In this document: positions 18,101 to 29,128 of the stretch, in pieces
Layout of the letters: the number at the start of each line of letters is the position of its first letter
Numbering within the stretch: position 1 is the stretch's first letter
Virus record (IMG/VR): IMGVR_UViG_3300042542_003555
Coordinates: 64,001-128,000 of that record
Direction: 5' to 3' (one strand)
DNA length: 64,000 bases
Origin: a virus
Notes under the pieces: model-generated
What the model was told of the DNA's origin: nothing
The model's database searches: none
Seen by the model: the letters and a program-made list of their open reading frames with translations, nothing else
Position numbers and translations under genes: made by a program

Positions 18101-18797
18101 CAATAACTCCCGCAAATCCAGTTTGACCAGCACTTGGACTAGGACTACCCGCTCCACCTCTACCATATGAACCCAAAATACTTTGACCTCCACCTGCAGC
18201 ACTGAGGTCACCAAAAGCAACGGTTGGGCCAGCTACGCCGGAAATTGCATCACCTAGACTGCCTGTAAAATTTAAATCACCATTCGTTCCCGATCCACCA
18301 TTCCCACCTGTAGATCCGCCAGTAGCACTTACCGTAACTGTTGGTGCTGGAGACGCTGGATTATATGGTCCAAAAGAAGATGTCCCACCAGAACCGCCTA
18401 CCGTAAGAGGAACTGTCGTTCCACCGGTTACTGAGAAAATTTTAATAGCACCTCCACCACCCCCGCCCCCACGACCGGAGTAACACGCTGTAAAAGATAG
18501 GGGTGGCTCACCACCTTGTGACGCCGACGCACTTGCACCAGTTCCTCCTTGTCCACCACCACCGACAACCGTTACCTTAGCCTTTGTTGTACTTGGTGGT
18601 GCTTGCCATGATGATGGACCCGGAGATGTAAATGCTGAAATATTTGTGAAACCACCCGATGGAATTACACCTGGTGCAATCTGTGGTGCTGTAATAGTTC
18701 CAGTGATATTAGCAGCAGCAACGGCTCCAGTAAATCCAAAACGTTGCGTGGAATTATCGTTAAATATTAAAGTCGTTCCGTTTGCAGTAATTGCCAT
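18087..18797 (-). CDS. Gly/Ser/Pro-rich tail-fibre-like protein
   Basis: KVTVVGGGGQGG, GGGGGGG, TVGGSGG, terminal G..GVIVVEY. Confidence 0.7.
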   Translation of the reverse strand: MAITANGTTLIFNDNSTQRFGFTGAVAAANITGTITAPQIAPGVIPSGGFTNISAFTSPGPSSWQAPPSTTKAKVTVVGGGGQGGTGASASASQGGEPPLSFTACYSGRGGGGGGGAIKIFSVTGGTTVPLTVGGSGGTSSFGPYNPASPAPTVTVSATGGSTGGNGGSGTNGDLNFTGSLGDAISGVAGPTVAFGDLSAAGGGQSILGSYGRGGAGSPSPSAGQTGFAGVIVVEY

Positions 18798-18810
18798 TTT
18801 AACCTCTTAA

Positions 18811-19533
18811 TCAGTTGTTTTGTAACAATTGTTCTTTGATTTTTAAGTATTCTTTGACGAAACCACTACGAACAATGTCTTCTAACCCAAATTTGATGTG
18901 GTGAACGTCATCCATCTTGTCCAGTATATTTATAATGTCAGGGAATCCGCTTTTCTCTTTCTTCAGGTTCAAGTCATTTTGATTATAATCGCCACACAAT
19001 ACAAACCTACAGTTCTCACCTATACGAGTCAAAACGGTATCTATCTCATGGAAAGTTGCTGACTGAAACTCATCAAATATAATAATGCAATCCCTAAATG
19101 TCAACCCACGCAGAAAGCTGGTAGTCTGAAACTCAATGATTTCTTTGTTCATCAAAAAGTGCCATGCGTCACCACGACCTATCAATTCATTGACAATATT
19201 CTGATACGGCTCCTGATATATCTTTGCTTTTTCCTCAAGCGTACCTGGTACAAATCCCAAATCTCTTGATGGTACCGCAGAACGAATTATAATGATCCGA
19301 TTGTAATGAGAACTATCTTCCAACAAATCTTTTAATCCAAGATACATGGCAAGAAAAGACTTACCTGATCCTGCTGATCCCGATAAAACTAAATGATTAC
19401 CTGCTTCATATGCTTCAAATGTTCTTTCTTGATTCTCCGTTAATGGTTTGATTTTTTTAAGTGAAAAATGTTGTGATTTGGCTTCTGCTGATGCTGTTCT
19501 TTTTCTTGGCGCCAATTGTTTCTCCTTTACCAT
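18811..19533 (-). CDS. phoH: PhoH-family ATPase
   Basis: PLT.NQ, GSAGSGKS, RDLGFVPG, SFLRG.TF, DE.Q, GD..Q.D, DIVRSG. Confidence 0.95.
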   Translation of the reverse strand: MVKEKQLAPRKRTASAEAKSQHFSLKKIKPLTENQERTFEAYEAGNHLVLSGSAGSGKSFLAMYLGLKDLLEDSSHYNRIIIIRSAVPSRDLGFVPGTLEEKAKIYQEPYQNIVNELIGRGDAWHFLMNKEIIEFQTTSFLRGLTFRDCIIIFDEFQSATFHEIDTVLTRIGENCRFVLCGDYNQNDLNLKKEKSGFPDIINILDKMDDVHHIKFGLEDIVRSGFVKEYLKIKEQLLQNN

Positions 19534-19802
19534 TCTCTGGGCATTTTAGTTTTATGTCCTGCCTTTACCGTATTGTGTGGAACTTTCTCTTTGATGCGGC
19601 CTATAATCTCCCTTTCGAATCGTGCATCGGGTTGACCAATACCTGGTACAGACATACGCATACCATCTCCAAGAATAGGAGACTCTATAATATGTCTTTC
19701 TAGGTGGGGATTGTTTGCTTTGAATTCATCATACTGAGATATTCTCATAGTATATTCTTCAATTTCATCCGTGTTTCTGTTCAAGAATTCGTAAGTTGGC
19801 AT
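19527..19802 (-). CDS. FmdB-like small protein lacking the Zn-binding cysteines
   Basis: MPTYEF.N..T.E N-terminus. Confidence 0.55.
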   Translation of the reverse strand: MPTYEFLNRNTDEIEEYTMRISQYDEFKANNPHLERHIIESPILGDGMRMSVPGIGQPDARFEREIIGRIKEKVPHNTVKAGHKTKMPREW

Positions 19803-20050
19803 AGTGTCATATCAGCAGGTTTATCATTAATAATTGCAGTAGATGTTATCTTATTTATTTCAAGATACCCATGACATACAATGTTCCAATGTTGGCCATC
19901 ATCATCTACTAGTCCTTTTGATGGTACATTTATCTCAACAGATTTACATATGTATTCTCTACCATTCTCAAAGACACGCCATGCATGGTCAACGGTACCT
20001 CTACCTGGCTGTCCTCTTGTTTGATTGAATCTGATTTTATATTCGTTCAT
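19781..20050 (-). CDS. Hypothetical protein
   Basis: Coupled ORF in the operon; IRFN..RGQPGRGT..H.WRVFE. Confidence 0.7.
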   Translation of the reverse strand: MNEYKIRFNQTRGQPGRGTVDHAWRVFENGREYICKSVEINVPSKGLVDDDGQHWNIVCHGYLEINKITSTAIINDKPADMTLCQLTNS

Positions 20051-20685
20051 ATGATAATTGGTTCTGGTTGAGGTTGATAGTTAGTATTTCTACCCACACC
20101 TAAATTGAAATGAATAAAGCGGAATGGATTATCATTTGCATTTCTTGTGAAGCCATGAGGCAACCATGAATTAGTAAAGTATAACATACCCGGTTGCATT
20201 TGAAAATAGACAGATTGATTGGCTTCAGTTAATGTATTCATATCTTTAGCCCACATACTAATCTGTCGTTTAGCTGGTCTAGGATCATGCACAATGAACT
20301 GACAACTATTTTCTGGTACATCAAGACAATATATGCCCGTCAATTGATTACCAAAACCATGTACGTGTTCATCATGCCCAGAATATTTTTCATGTTCTTG
20401 ACACCAAAACTCTTTGCAGATAACTGTCCAACCATCCATGTTGTAGCCTTGTGATGCAAGAATGTTCCATCCTGTGCCACATAGGTATTCAATCATAGGA
20501 TACAATCTAGCATCATCCATATATTCTGTCATATGAACAGGATATACAGGGTTGGATGTTGTGTCTTTTCTTGTTTTTGCTAAGTAGGCGTAGGATACTT
20601 CTCTTGCCACATCTAGATATTCTGGTCGTTCTATCCAATACACGTTGGATGGAAACAAACTTTGCGTAGACATTTCATTATTCAT
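20047..20685 (-). CDS. TIGR02466-like 2OG-Fe(II) oxygenase
   Basis: HVH, DPRP, NSWLPH, RFIHFN. Confidence 0.85.
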   Translation of the reverse strand: MNNEMSTQSLFPSNVYWIERPEYLDVAREVSYAYLAKTRKDTTSNPVYPVHMTEYMDDARLYPMIEYLCGTGWNILASQGYNMDGWTVICKEFWCQEHEKYSGHDEHVHGFGNQLTGIYCLDVPENSCQFIVHDPRPAKRQISMWAKDMNTLTEANQSVYFQMQPGMLYFTNSWLPHGFTRNANDNPFRFIHFNLGVGRNTNYQPQPEPIII

Positions 20686-20767
20686 AGTTCAATCTCTCAT
20701 AAAACACAGGCTAATTATATATTATTATTTAACAGTAATCAAGTTATTTTTTAACTTACTCCAGTAT

Positions 20768-21484
20768 TTAGTTCCAATAGTTAGAGTAGTTGAGATTTTT
20801 CCAATAGTTCTCATCATTCCGATACCAAAAGTTTTTAATTAGATACCGAGCCATTCCAAAGTAACCCATCTTTCTGAATCGTCTGCTATCTTGACCAAAA
20901 TAATGATTGACTATTTTAAATTTCTTAGTATCATATTTCTTGGATAAGAAAAAATCTTCACTTGTACCATACTTTTCACCAAACCCACCATATTCCCAAA
21001 ATCTATCTGTTCTGGTCAACATAAAAGCACCAACAGCAAAAGGTGACCAGTGTTTCAAAATATTGTTAATCATATTGAATACCATAAAACCAATTTGCGT
21101 TCTGATATCATCATCATAACATTTGATATTTAATCCAATCAAATCTAAATTCTCTTTTTCTATCGCATTAACGCAATCTACTATAACTGAATGATTGAAA
21201 AATCTAACGTCACTATCTATAAACAAGACATAAGGTGTATTGACAAGCCTAGCGCCATTGTTTTTTGCTGTAGATACAGGTCCGCCATCTATGATCTCAA
21301 CATTCAAATCACCTTTTCTATCATTTATAACATTTCTTGTATTGTCTGTAGATGCATCTGCAATGATAACTTTAGTGTTGCCTATATTCTGCATTTGTAA
21401 GTGTTCAAGCAAATACGAAATATAGTCTTCCTCATTTTTACAAGGAACAACTATAGTAATTTTATCTTTTAGATTTTCTGACAT
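20768..21484 (-). CDS. Family 2 glycosyltransferase
   Basis: IVVP..NEE, IIAD..STDNT, N.GA, LFIDSD, EDFFL. Confidence 0.92.
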   Translation of the reverse strand: MSENLKDKITIVVPCKNEEDYISYLLEHLQMQNIGNTKVIIADASTDNTRNVINDRKGDLNVEIIDGGPVSTAKNNGARLVNTPYVLFIDSDVRFFNHSVIVDCVNAIEKENLDLIGLNIKCYDDDIRTQIGFMVFNMINNILKHWSPFAVGAFMLTRTDRFWEYGGFGEKYGTSEDFFLSKKYDTKKFKIVNHYFGQDSRRFRKMGYFGMARYLIKNFWYRNDENYWKNLNYSNYWN

Positions 21485-21639
21485 TTACCTTCAACCTTAA
21501 AATTATCAAACTTTAATTTGTAAGTCATGGTACTCAACACCTGTTCACATTCGGTTTGAGTTTGGAATTGTAAATTAATTTTTCCCGGTATGTCTTTTGG
21601 ATCGGTCACGTGGACCGCTATCAATATCATCAACCACAT
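21469..21639 (-). CDS. Small two-Cys protein (56 aa) between the phosphoesterase and GT2
   Basis: MWLMILIAVH...FQTQTEC...EGKC; AGGAG upstream; overlaps both neighbours. Confidence 0.65.
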   Translation of the reverse strand: MWLMILIAVHVTDPKDIPGKINLQFQTQTECEQVLSTMTYKLKFDNFKVEGKCQKI

Positions 21640-22390
21640 TATCGCTCTCCTGTGTCCATGTGACTATTTCCCATCTGCCATCATGATGTTCAACAAGTGC
21701 AGTCAACGATTCAACCCAATCGCCGTCATTCATATAGGTAACACCGTCAATTTCTTTTATCTCCGCATGATGAATATGCCCACATATAACACCATCATAA
21801 CCTTTCTTTTTACAATATGTTGCAAGATTTTTCTCAAACTGAAAAATAAAATCTATAGCTTTTTTTACTTTACGCTTAAGGAAACTAGAAAGGCTCCAAT
21901 AATTAAGACCAATTCTATGTAAGAACCAATTATATCTATTATTAATTGATAGGATAAAGTCATATGCTTTGTCTCCAAGAAATGACAACCAAGGTGCTAA
22001 CCGTGTGATGCCATCAAATAAATCACCGTGAACTACAAGATAATGTTTCCCATCGGCACCGATGTGTTCACACTGATTAGTAATTTCAACCATTCCAAAC
22101 CCAAGGCCATACTGAAGGTAAGGTCTTAAAAATTCATCGTGGTTCCCTATAACGTAAACTACTTTTGTACCACGTTTTGCATGGCCTAGTATTCTACGAA
22201 CAACGTTGGTGTGTGATTGTTTCCAACGCCATTTGTTTTGTTTTATTTTCCATGCGTCAATTATATCACCAACCAGATATAATGTTTCGCAGGTATTATG
22301 TTTGAGAAAATTATTGAGTGCTTCAGCCTTGCAGTCTTTAGTACCAAGGTGAACGTCTGAGATAAAAATACTACGGTAAGTTTTGTCCAT
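21575..22390 (-). CDS. plcP: PlcP-like metallophosphoesterase (LpxH-like family; putative phospholipase C)
   Basis: ISDVHLG, VGDIID.W, GNHDE, HGDLFD, WL..LGD.AY, YWSLS..LK.KVK.A, CGHIH, NDGDWVES.TALVE. Confidence 0.8.
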   Translation of the reverse strand: MDKTYRSIFISDVHLGTKDCKAEALNNFLKHNTCETLYLVGDIIDAWKIKQNKWRWKQSHTNVVRRILGHAKRGTKVVYVIGNHDEFLRPYLQYGLGFGMVEITNQCEHIGADGKHYLVVHGDLFDGITRLAPWLSFLGDKAYDFILSINNRYNWFLHRIGLNYWSLSSFLKRKVKKAIDFIFQFEKNLATYCKKKGYDGVICGHIHHAEIKEIDGVTYMNDGDWVESLTALVEHHDGRWEIVTWTQESDNVVDDIDSGPRDRSKRHTGKN

Positions 22391-22443
22391 CTATACACCT
22401 AAAAAATTTATCGTAACGGAATTGTCACAATAAAGAATTTTTT

Positions 22444-23052
22444 TTAAGCGTATAGACCTAACTCTTGATTGATATCGACCATCTTCTGGAGACAACCTTC
22501 AGTATACCATTTAGGTATAGGTCTTGAATTCACTTTACCTTTCCATGATGCAAGATGCGTCTTATTATTTATATAATAATTTCTGTAAGAAGCAATAGAA
22601 TTACCAGAAATTTTTACGTCATCAGGCATGGCAGGTGTAGGTTCAGTAAATACTCTATCATTAGGAATATTCTTAGGATGAATTCTCAATGCTTGTACTA
22701 GGCCTATCTGCTCACACTTATGTACCTTACCGTAACGATAAGTGTATTCTTTACAGAGAGCCATCAACAAGTGAACAAGCCAATCATAGTTTGCTGCTGA
22801 TTGTCTTGCCCAAACAGCAGATGGGTGACTGATATGAGTAGCAGAGTAGTAGATATTCTCCATCTCATTGTTCAGTACCCAACGCTTAACATTACGGCCA
22901 GTTTTTGACTTGGCTTGAGTTTCTGTACCATCTAGAATACGGTGAGCCGTAGAGAGTAACTGACAGTATTCTAGAATCATTTTTATAGTGTGCTTGTCGT
23001 TATGCATTTCGGCACACTTCACGGGATCATTATGTAGGTAAAAGATATTCAT
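22444..23052 (-). CDS. Pyrimidine-dimer DNA glycosylase / endonuclease V-like protein
   Basis: MNIFYL, DKH..KM.LE..QLLSTAH, H..HPS..W, L..EYT.RYGK.H, AMPD. Confidence 0.8.
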   Translation of the reverse strand: MNIFYLHNDPVKCAEMHNDKHTIKMILEYCQLLSTAHRILDGTETQAKSKTGRNVKRWVLNNEMENIYYSATHISHPSAVWARQSAANYDWLVHLLMALCKEYTYRYGKVHKCEQIGLVQALRIHPKNIPNDRVFTEPTPAMPDDVKISGNSIASYRNYYINNKTHLASWKGKVNSRPIPKWYTEGCLQKMVDINQELGLYA

Positions 23053-23054
23053 AA

Positions 23055-25429
23055 TTAGAGTTTAGGAATCTCCAGTTTTTCATTCTTATCTTTTTTGGGA
23101 AAACGTGCAGCAATAGATTCTGCCGTTACTGTTTGCATTGCAAATTGTTTGAACTGTTCATAACTATCTTTTACGGGATAAGCTGATTTACCATTAACAG
23201 CAGCAGAATCAGCAAAGAACAATACGCAACCACCAGCAGCAAGTGGAGCAATCTCAATGATATCATCAAGATTGATGATTACTTTACAGCCTTTTTCTAC
23301 GGAATCAACTTCAACGAATGTAGCCATTATGCCTCCAAATCGGGTTTAGAATTATCTTTAATCTTTGCTTGTTTTGCTTTCGCCTGAGCAATTTCAGCTT
23401 CAATCATTTTTTCTTTCATGAAGTGAATTTTTTCTATTGGCGTTACCATTAGCATTCTTTTTGTTTCTTTTGACATTTTATAACTAGAATTAAGTTTCAC
23501 ATTTTCTCCTTAACGAACTTTGTTACAATCGGGTACAGCAACAAGATAGTTGGTATATTCATTGTGTGGACGCACAAAGTAACAGTTACCGTTGACATCC
23601 CACACTAAATGATTTTGAACACCTTTTACCTCAGAGAGTGCAGGTGGGTTCTTTAATTCTTCAAAATTTTTTCTGGCAGACAAATATAAAACGCTTGCCA
23701 TACCAATCAAAACAAATGCCATCATAATATAACTAAGGTGATTCTTCAAATACTGAATTACTTTCATAATTAAAATACTCCAATTACATTTTTAATAAAC
23801 GGATATGTAGTATAACATAAAAGACTTAGAATAGCAACAACAATTGTATAGAATACCACTTTCTTTGCTCTCTCTTGGTAATATTCCATTTCAAAATTAA
23901 TCATATCTCTTTGTGCCCGCATCATAGGAGATACATCACCATCTAACATGGCATATGTTTTGTCTGCTTCTTCTAATCTACGTTTGGCACTAATGTAATG
24001 AATAATGGATATCATGCTATACAATCCTTCATCTCTCTCCAATAGTTTCGTTCAGCCCAATGAGTAATGCACCAATCATGTATGCACCACTCTGAAGTGA
24101 GTTTCTCAATAGGTTGATTGTTTTCAACCATTCTTACATACCAATAGGTCCAGTAATCATCAAGAATTTCTTTTTCTGATAGTGTTTCCCAATGTGTATA
24201 CTCTTGCCCTAATGTATTTTCGTCGGGATAGCAGATAGTGTAATACCTCATTGTCAATCCCACAGCCCACTATAGTATTTACCAAACAGTCTTAGGCCAT
24301 TCTGTACACGGTCCTCTACTTTCTGCATACCTTCATAGTCACACACATAGGTATGTTTTGGTCCATGACCCATCTGATAGAATGAGTGTTCACCTTTAGC
24401 TACTTCATTACCATCTTTATCAACAGGAATCCAAGTCATATCAATTTCACCAGAACTGAATGATTCTTTCCATGTATCATCTACAATATGCTCAAAAGCA
24501 AAAATCATTTCATTTAGCACCCAATCCCATCGTTTATGGATATCATATCCATCAGACACATCTTCATTGTAAAAATCAAATACTTTTTGTGAGTCCCAAT
24601 CTTCAGTTGTGGTTGTTCGCATGTATTCTGGCACATCTTCAATGTCAACCATAGGTGAACCATGTTTAGTATCACGCAGTTGTTTCAACATAGGAAGAAT
24701 GATATGGGCAAGAGTATGATCCATGCTCCATGTATCCCAACGGTCAATCTTTACATACTTAATTGGGGGATGTATCTTATCTAAGATGGTTTGAATACCA
24801 CGGGAGATGGGTGCAAGAAAGTCGGTAACCTTGTCTACCCATTCAGGATGTTCAATGTATTTCTCATCGTTAATGATAGCATGGCGATTACGGCTACATT
24901 TAGACCAATCAGTCCAAAAGAAGGCATAATCAATCCATGTGTATGGTGAATACCAGTGATTACGATAATTGGAAATATATACCTTCATCTCAACTCCACA
25001 AATACTTTATCATACATAACATGGCTAGAATGTAAGTGATGCCTTTACCAATAGCAAATATACTGTGCCATACTTTTATCATTTGAATTTCAGTCACTAT
25101 CTTTCTCCATAATATACATCATAACAAACAAACCAATTAATGTCAATACAAAACCAAAAGGATCACCAAGACGAATGGTAAAAAAGAGAAAAAGAAAAAA
25201 GATGAAGTAGATTAAACTATTTTCCATTTATGGTGGCATTGATTTGTTGAGCAGGAATGCCAATATCATAAGCCATACAATGATGTGTCAATAGTCTAAT
25301 GATAATAGCAGCCTTATTTATGAGTATACCACGCTCATGCTCACCGAATTGATTTTGAAGCATAGCATACTCACTTAATTGTTCAATGAACTTATCAACG
25401 ACCAAAGAGTCCTTGACTATCTCGCTCAT
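23055..25429 (-). CDS. Run of small hypothetical proteins (23055-23327, 23510-23767, 23770-24042, 24012-24263, 24254-24988, 25217-25429)
   Basis: Tightly packed same-strand ORFs with RBSs; no recognisable family. Confidence 0.65.
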
Positions 25430-25830
25430 TTGGTTAAGTCTCCCAATTCCTTGTAGCCTTTATATGTAGGATGCACTCCGTCTGCACTTATATTATTCTC
25501 TGGTCTAGGAATAAAAACATCATCAAAATCAAACGCAACACGAATTACTGCCTCAACTTGTTTAGGTTTTAATTTCTGACTAGGTAATAACCAGAACACT
25601 CTATCTGCTTTTACTTTACTTCTTAAAGTTCGAATGTTTTCTTCAGTATTTACACCTAGATCATTAGCACCCAAACTAATAATTACAGTTTTTGCTGGTT
25701 GCAGTTTATTGAGATATTTTTTATTCCAGTCTCTTGAGTTAATACCGCTTTTGGCATAAGCCACGCATTCTTTACGAACCTGACTGACACCAACAGCAAT
25801 ACTATCACCAACAATCAGACACTCAATCAT
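25426..25830 (-). CDS. SGNH/GDSL hydrolase
   Basis: GDSIA, SLGAND, DGVHP. Confidence 0.85.
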   Translation of the reverse strand: MIECLIVGDSIAVGVSQVRKECVAYAKSGINSRDWNKKYLNKLQPAKTVIISLGANDLGVNTEENIRTLRSKVKADRVFWLLPSQKLKPKQVEAVIRVAFDFDDVFIPRPENNISADGVHPTYKGYKELGDLTK

Positions 25831-26044
25831 TTTTCATCTCCATATATAGGAAACAGTTTCAATGCCTCTAGCTTATCTTGATATTCTGCAATGTATGCTA
25901 ATTCTTTTTCAATTGCATCCATCAGATCGGTATGTTCAGGCAATGCTGTGGGATTCTGTAACATCACCTCAACATTTACCCGATGTTTTTGAATATGGCT
26001 TTGAAAATGAATCATACTAGCTTTGAGAATTTCGTTACGCATAA

Positions 26045-26875
26045 TTATACCTCCACATATTTGAGTTTAAAGTTATCTGCACGATCCTCATACCCATCAT
26101 AGCCACGAGGATTACAAACGACACGGGTAGTACCTACCATGTAATCAAAGTCATCATGGGTATGACCGTGCGTCCACAGTTTGATATTACGATGGTCAAG
26201 AATAAATTGTACCAAATCACTAGAATATGCACCATTCATATGGTGTTCTTTCTTATATTTTGGTTTGACACTTTCTTTTGTTGGTGCATGATGGCCAACA
26301 ACCACAAACTTGGTTTCTGGATTCAACGACAAGCAAGTTTTCAATTTAGCCAAAAATTGTTTATGGTCTTCTATCGCATCTTGTGGGAGAAACCAACAGT
26401 TCTCACCCACCTGTTTATTTGTAACTATACGAAAATCATTCATGCTTAACTGCACACGGTTGATGGTATATGGATCCCCACTATTCATATCTGTCCACAA
26501 AGTACCACCAAAGAAAATCGTATCATCTATACGAATGCTTTCTTTATCTAAGATGATTAGATTTTCAAATTTAAGATGCTTACGAATCAGAGGTAAAGTC
26601 TCACCAAAGTCACCATTGTAGTGTTCGTGGTTACCTGCAATGTAAAGAACTACCTTGAATTCTTTGCAACAATTTTCCACAAAAGTATAATATCTTTCGG
26701 CCTCTCCCACTAGGCTAGGTGCGGTATCAGCATCACGTAGGATAGGATCCAGATATTTCAAAATTGGAGCAACCAAAATATCACCACCCAGAATGAGTAC
26801 ATCAGCACCTTCAGTATTCTTTAGGTGCAGATCACCAAATTCTAGATGCAGGTCACTACAAACTGCGATTTTCAT
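26045..26875 (-). CDS. Calcineurin-like metallophosphoesterase
   Basis: SDLHLE, GDI, GNHEHY, TLWTD, HHAP, HGHTH, NPRGY. Confidence 0.92.
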   Translation of the reverse strand: MKIAVCSDLHLEFGDLHLKNTEGADVLILGGDILVAPILKYLDPILRDADTAPSLVGEAERYYTFVENCCKEFKVVLYIAGNHEHYNGDFGETLPLIRKHLKFENLIILDKESIRIDDTIFFGGTLWTDMNSGDPYTINRVQLSMNDFRIVTNKQVGENCWFLPQDAIEDHKQFLAKLKTCLSLNPETKFVVVGHHAPTKESVKPKYKKEHHMNGAYSSDLVQFILDHRNIKLWTHGHTHDDFDYMVGTTRVVCNPRGYDGYEDRADNFKLKYVEV

Positions 26876-28337
26876 TGTTTACCTCACAGATATTTTATGA
26901 TTTTGTTTTTGAGTATATGCAATATAAACTTGCGTTGGGATCAATATCTTGTTTCTTAAATTCTAAAAGAAGTTTGGAACACTCTGCCATTGTTTTAGTA
27001 GCAGTATATTGTGTAAATTCAAATTTAGGCGGACTAACATTTACCATGGTAACAAAGACTAATACCCACATATTAATGCACACCTATAGATATCTATATA
27101 TCTCTAACCTAGCTTCTCTTAATGAAGAAAACTTTTTACCTTTTACATAAATGGATCGTGGTGACATAACACGACACTCACCAAGTTTTGTATCAAATGA
27201 ATAGTATGTGGTTTTGCCATCTACCACTTTTGTTTTGCAATGGTAATCATTGACTAGACCAGCAAACATTAGGAATTCACGAAACTCATCCGACACTAGT
27301 TTACGAAGATATGCATTATTCATTTGACAACACCTTTTTTCACTTGATAAGACATTATAACATAGTTGGTGTCAATTGTCAACTACTTTATTATCCCGCT
27401 GGTTCTTAGCAATTGTGTAACATCTCCAGGTGTCACAAAGACCCTAGCACGAAATACTGTTCTTTGTTCATTGATCAATTCTAGTCTGGTGAATTCAATA
27501 TATTTTCCACTTTCATACATTGCCTCTGCTAGTTTTTGTACTAGGCCATGTTTTATTTTTGTTTCCGGCTCCTGCAACCATTCCAACTCAGATTCATTTA
27601 GGGCAAGTTCAACGACAACAGGTTCACCTCTGATTACAGTGGGAGATACTGTAACTGTGCATACATCATCCACCAATATATGGGGAATATCAGAGATTGG
27701 TATATTAGTAATTGTCATATTTTATAATTTATCATTTGATTGATTGATCGGGATGTGGAAAATATCCTTCAGCTATCCCATTGAGTTGAAGCGTTGGTGT
27801 AAAACAATAAATCATTTTCTCACGGTTTATTGTTTCTACATGACAAATAGCATCATGCCAAGGTGAGGGATTCATAGGATTTTTTTGAATGGCCGTTTGG
27901 GGTATTGGCTCACCAGGTACAGAACCTATGGGTGTTGCAATCATAGGCAGAATGGCACATAGTGCATGTGTGCATATCATAGAGACAGGCATAATTATTC
28001 ACCATTCACTTGTTGTTTCACAACCTCATGCCTAAATGAGGTTACACTCTTATCTACCCATTTAGCCACAGTGGTAAGACCAATAGTAGAAATAATAATA
28101 CCAAAAATTATACCAGTAATGAAGTTCACGATTTCTCCTCTTTAGGTTTTTTCACAGGTTTAGGATACTTTGCACACCATATACATTTTGTTGATGGTGT
28201 ATCATAAAAATAAAGACCCATATCAAAACGTTCAGCACCACAAGAAACGCAAGTGAACTTTTTCATTTCAATATCTGGTTCACTTGCTGCCTTTCGTTTT
28301 TTTGTTTGTTTCTTTTCTTCCATAAAATCAAGAATAC

Positions 28338-28520
28338 TCATACTTGTAAATAACTCAAAACATAATCAATTACATCTTGTCGGTCTATCTCAAATACTTC
28401 CAATGGTGTCTTACCTTCAAAGGCAAGATTGGGACTTTCCCACCATTTATTTACCAGTTCATCACTACCTAACATGGCAAATAGACAAGTGTTCAAATCT
28501 TGTTTAGTATTATCTTCCAT
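28338..28520 (-). CDS. Stand-alone MbcA/ParS/Xre antitoxin C-terminal-like domain
   Basis: KWW.SPN.AF.GKTP.E......V..Y pattern. Confidence 0.65.
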   Translation of the reverse strand: MEDNTKQDLNTCLFAMLGSDELVNKWWESPNLAFEGKTPLEVFEIDRQDVIDYVLSYLQV

Positions 28521-28737
28521 TGTAATAACTCAAAAGACCCGTCATATAGATAGCCACAATGATACATTGCACGGTCATCAGGCTCCACTTACGCCAATAA
28601 TAGCCTAAAGCAAACCACATTACATTACCCACTACTTGCACGATTAGATAATAAGGATATAAATTGAAGGCAGCCATCGCCACGCCAATCAATAGAATGA
28701 CGGTGGCTGACCATTCAAATATAAATTCTTTACTCAC
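28510..28737 (-). CDS. Small 3-TM membrane protein
   Basis: Three hydrophobic segments; N.YP and W....W patterns. Confidence 0.6.
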   Translation of the reverse strand: MSKEFIFEWSATVILLIGVAMAAFNLYPYYLIVQVVGNVMWFALGYYWRKWSLMTVQCIIVAIYMTGLLSYYNGR

Positions 28738-29063
28738 GCAGCAACAGGCTCAGGTTGTACTACAGGTGCAGCAGGCTTGCTAGTGCTACCAACATAGCAA
28801 CCATTCTTGTCAAAATCTTTGAAGTTTACAAGTTGGTAAGAGGTCACTTTGCGGCCATCTTTGATGACCTTGATTACGCCATTGTCATACTTGCGGATGT
28901 CATACACAAAGGTAGACAGGCGATACATGAGACTGGACATCTTAGCATCGGCAGCAAAGGATGCTTTGATATCTTCAACACTCATTACCTTACCGCTCAG
29001 GAGAACCTGTGCAACTTTGTTGTGAGGACGAATCTTGGGGGTTTTAGTAGTAGTTTTTGCCAT
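28734..29063 (-). CDS. Basic early protein, possible winged helix
   Basis: Own promoter; RLSTFVYDIR...DGRKVTSYQL. Confidence 0.5.
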   Translation of the reverse strand: MAKTTTKTPKIRPHNKVAQVLLSGKVMSVEDIKASFAADAKMSSLMYRLSTFVYDIRKYDNGVIKVIKDGRKVTSYQLVNFKDFDKNGCYVGSTSKPAAPVVQPEPVAA

Positions 29064-29128
29064 AATATAAATCTCCAATCAAGTTAATAGAACTACAATA
29101 TAACACACTCTGGATGGTATGTCAAGGG

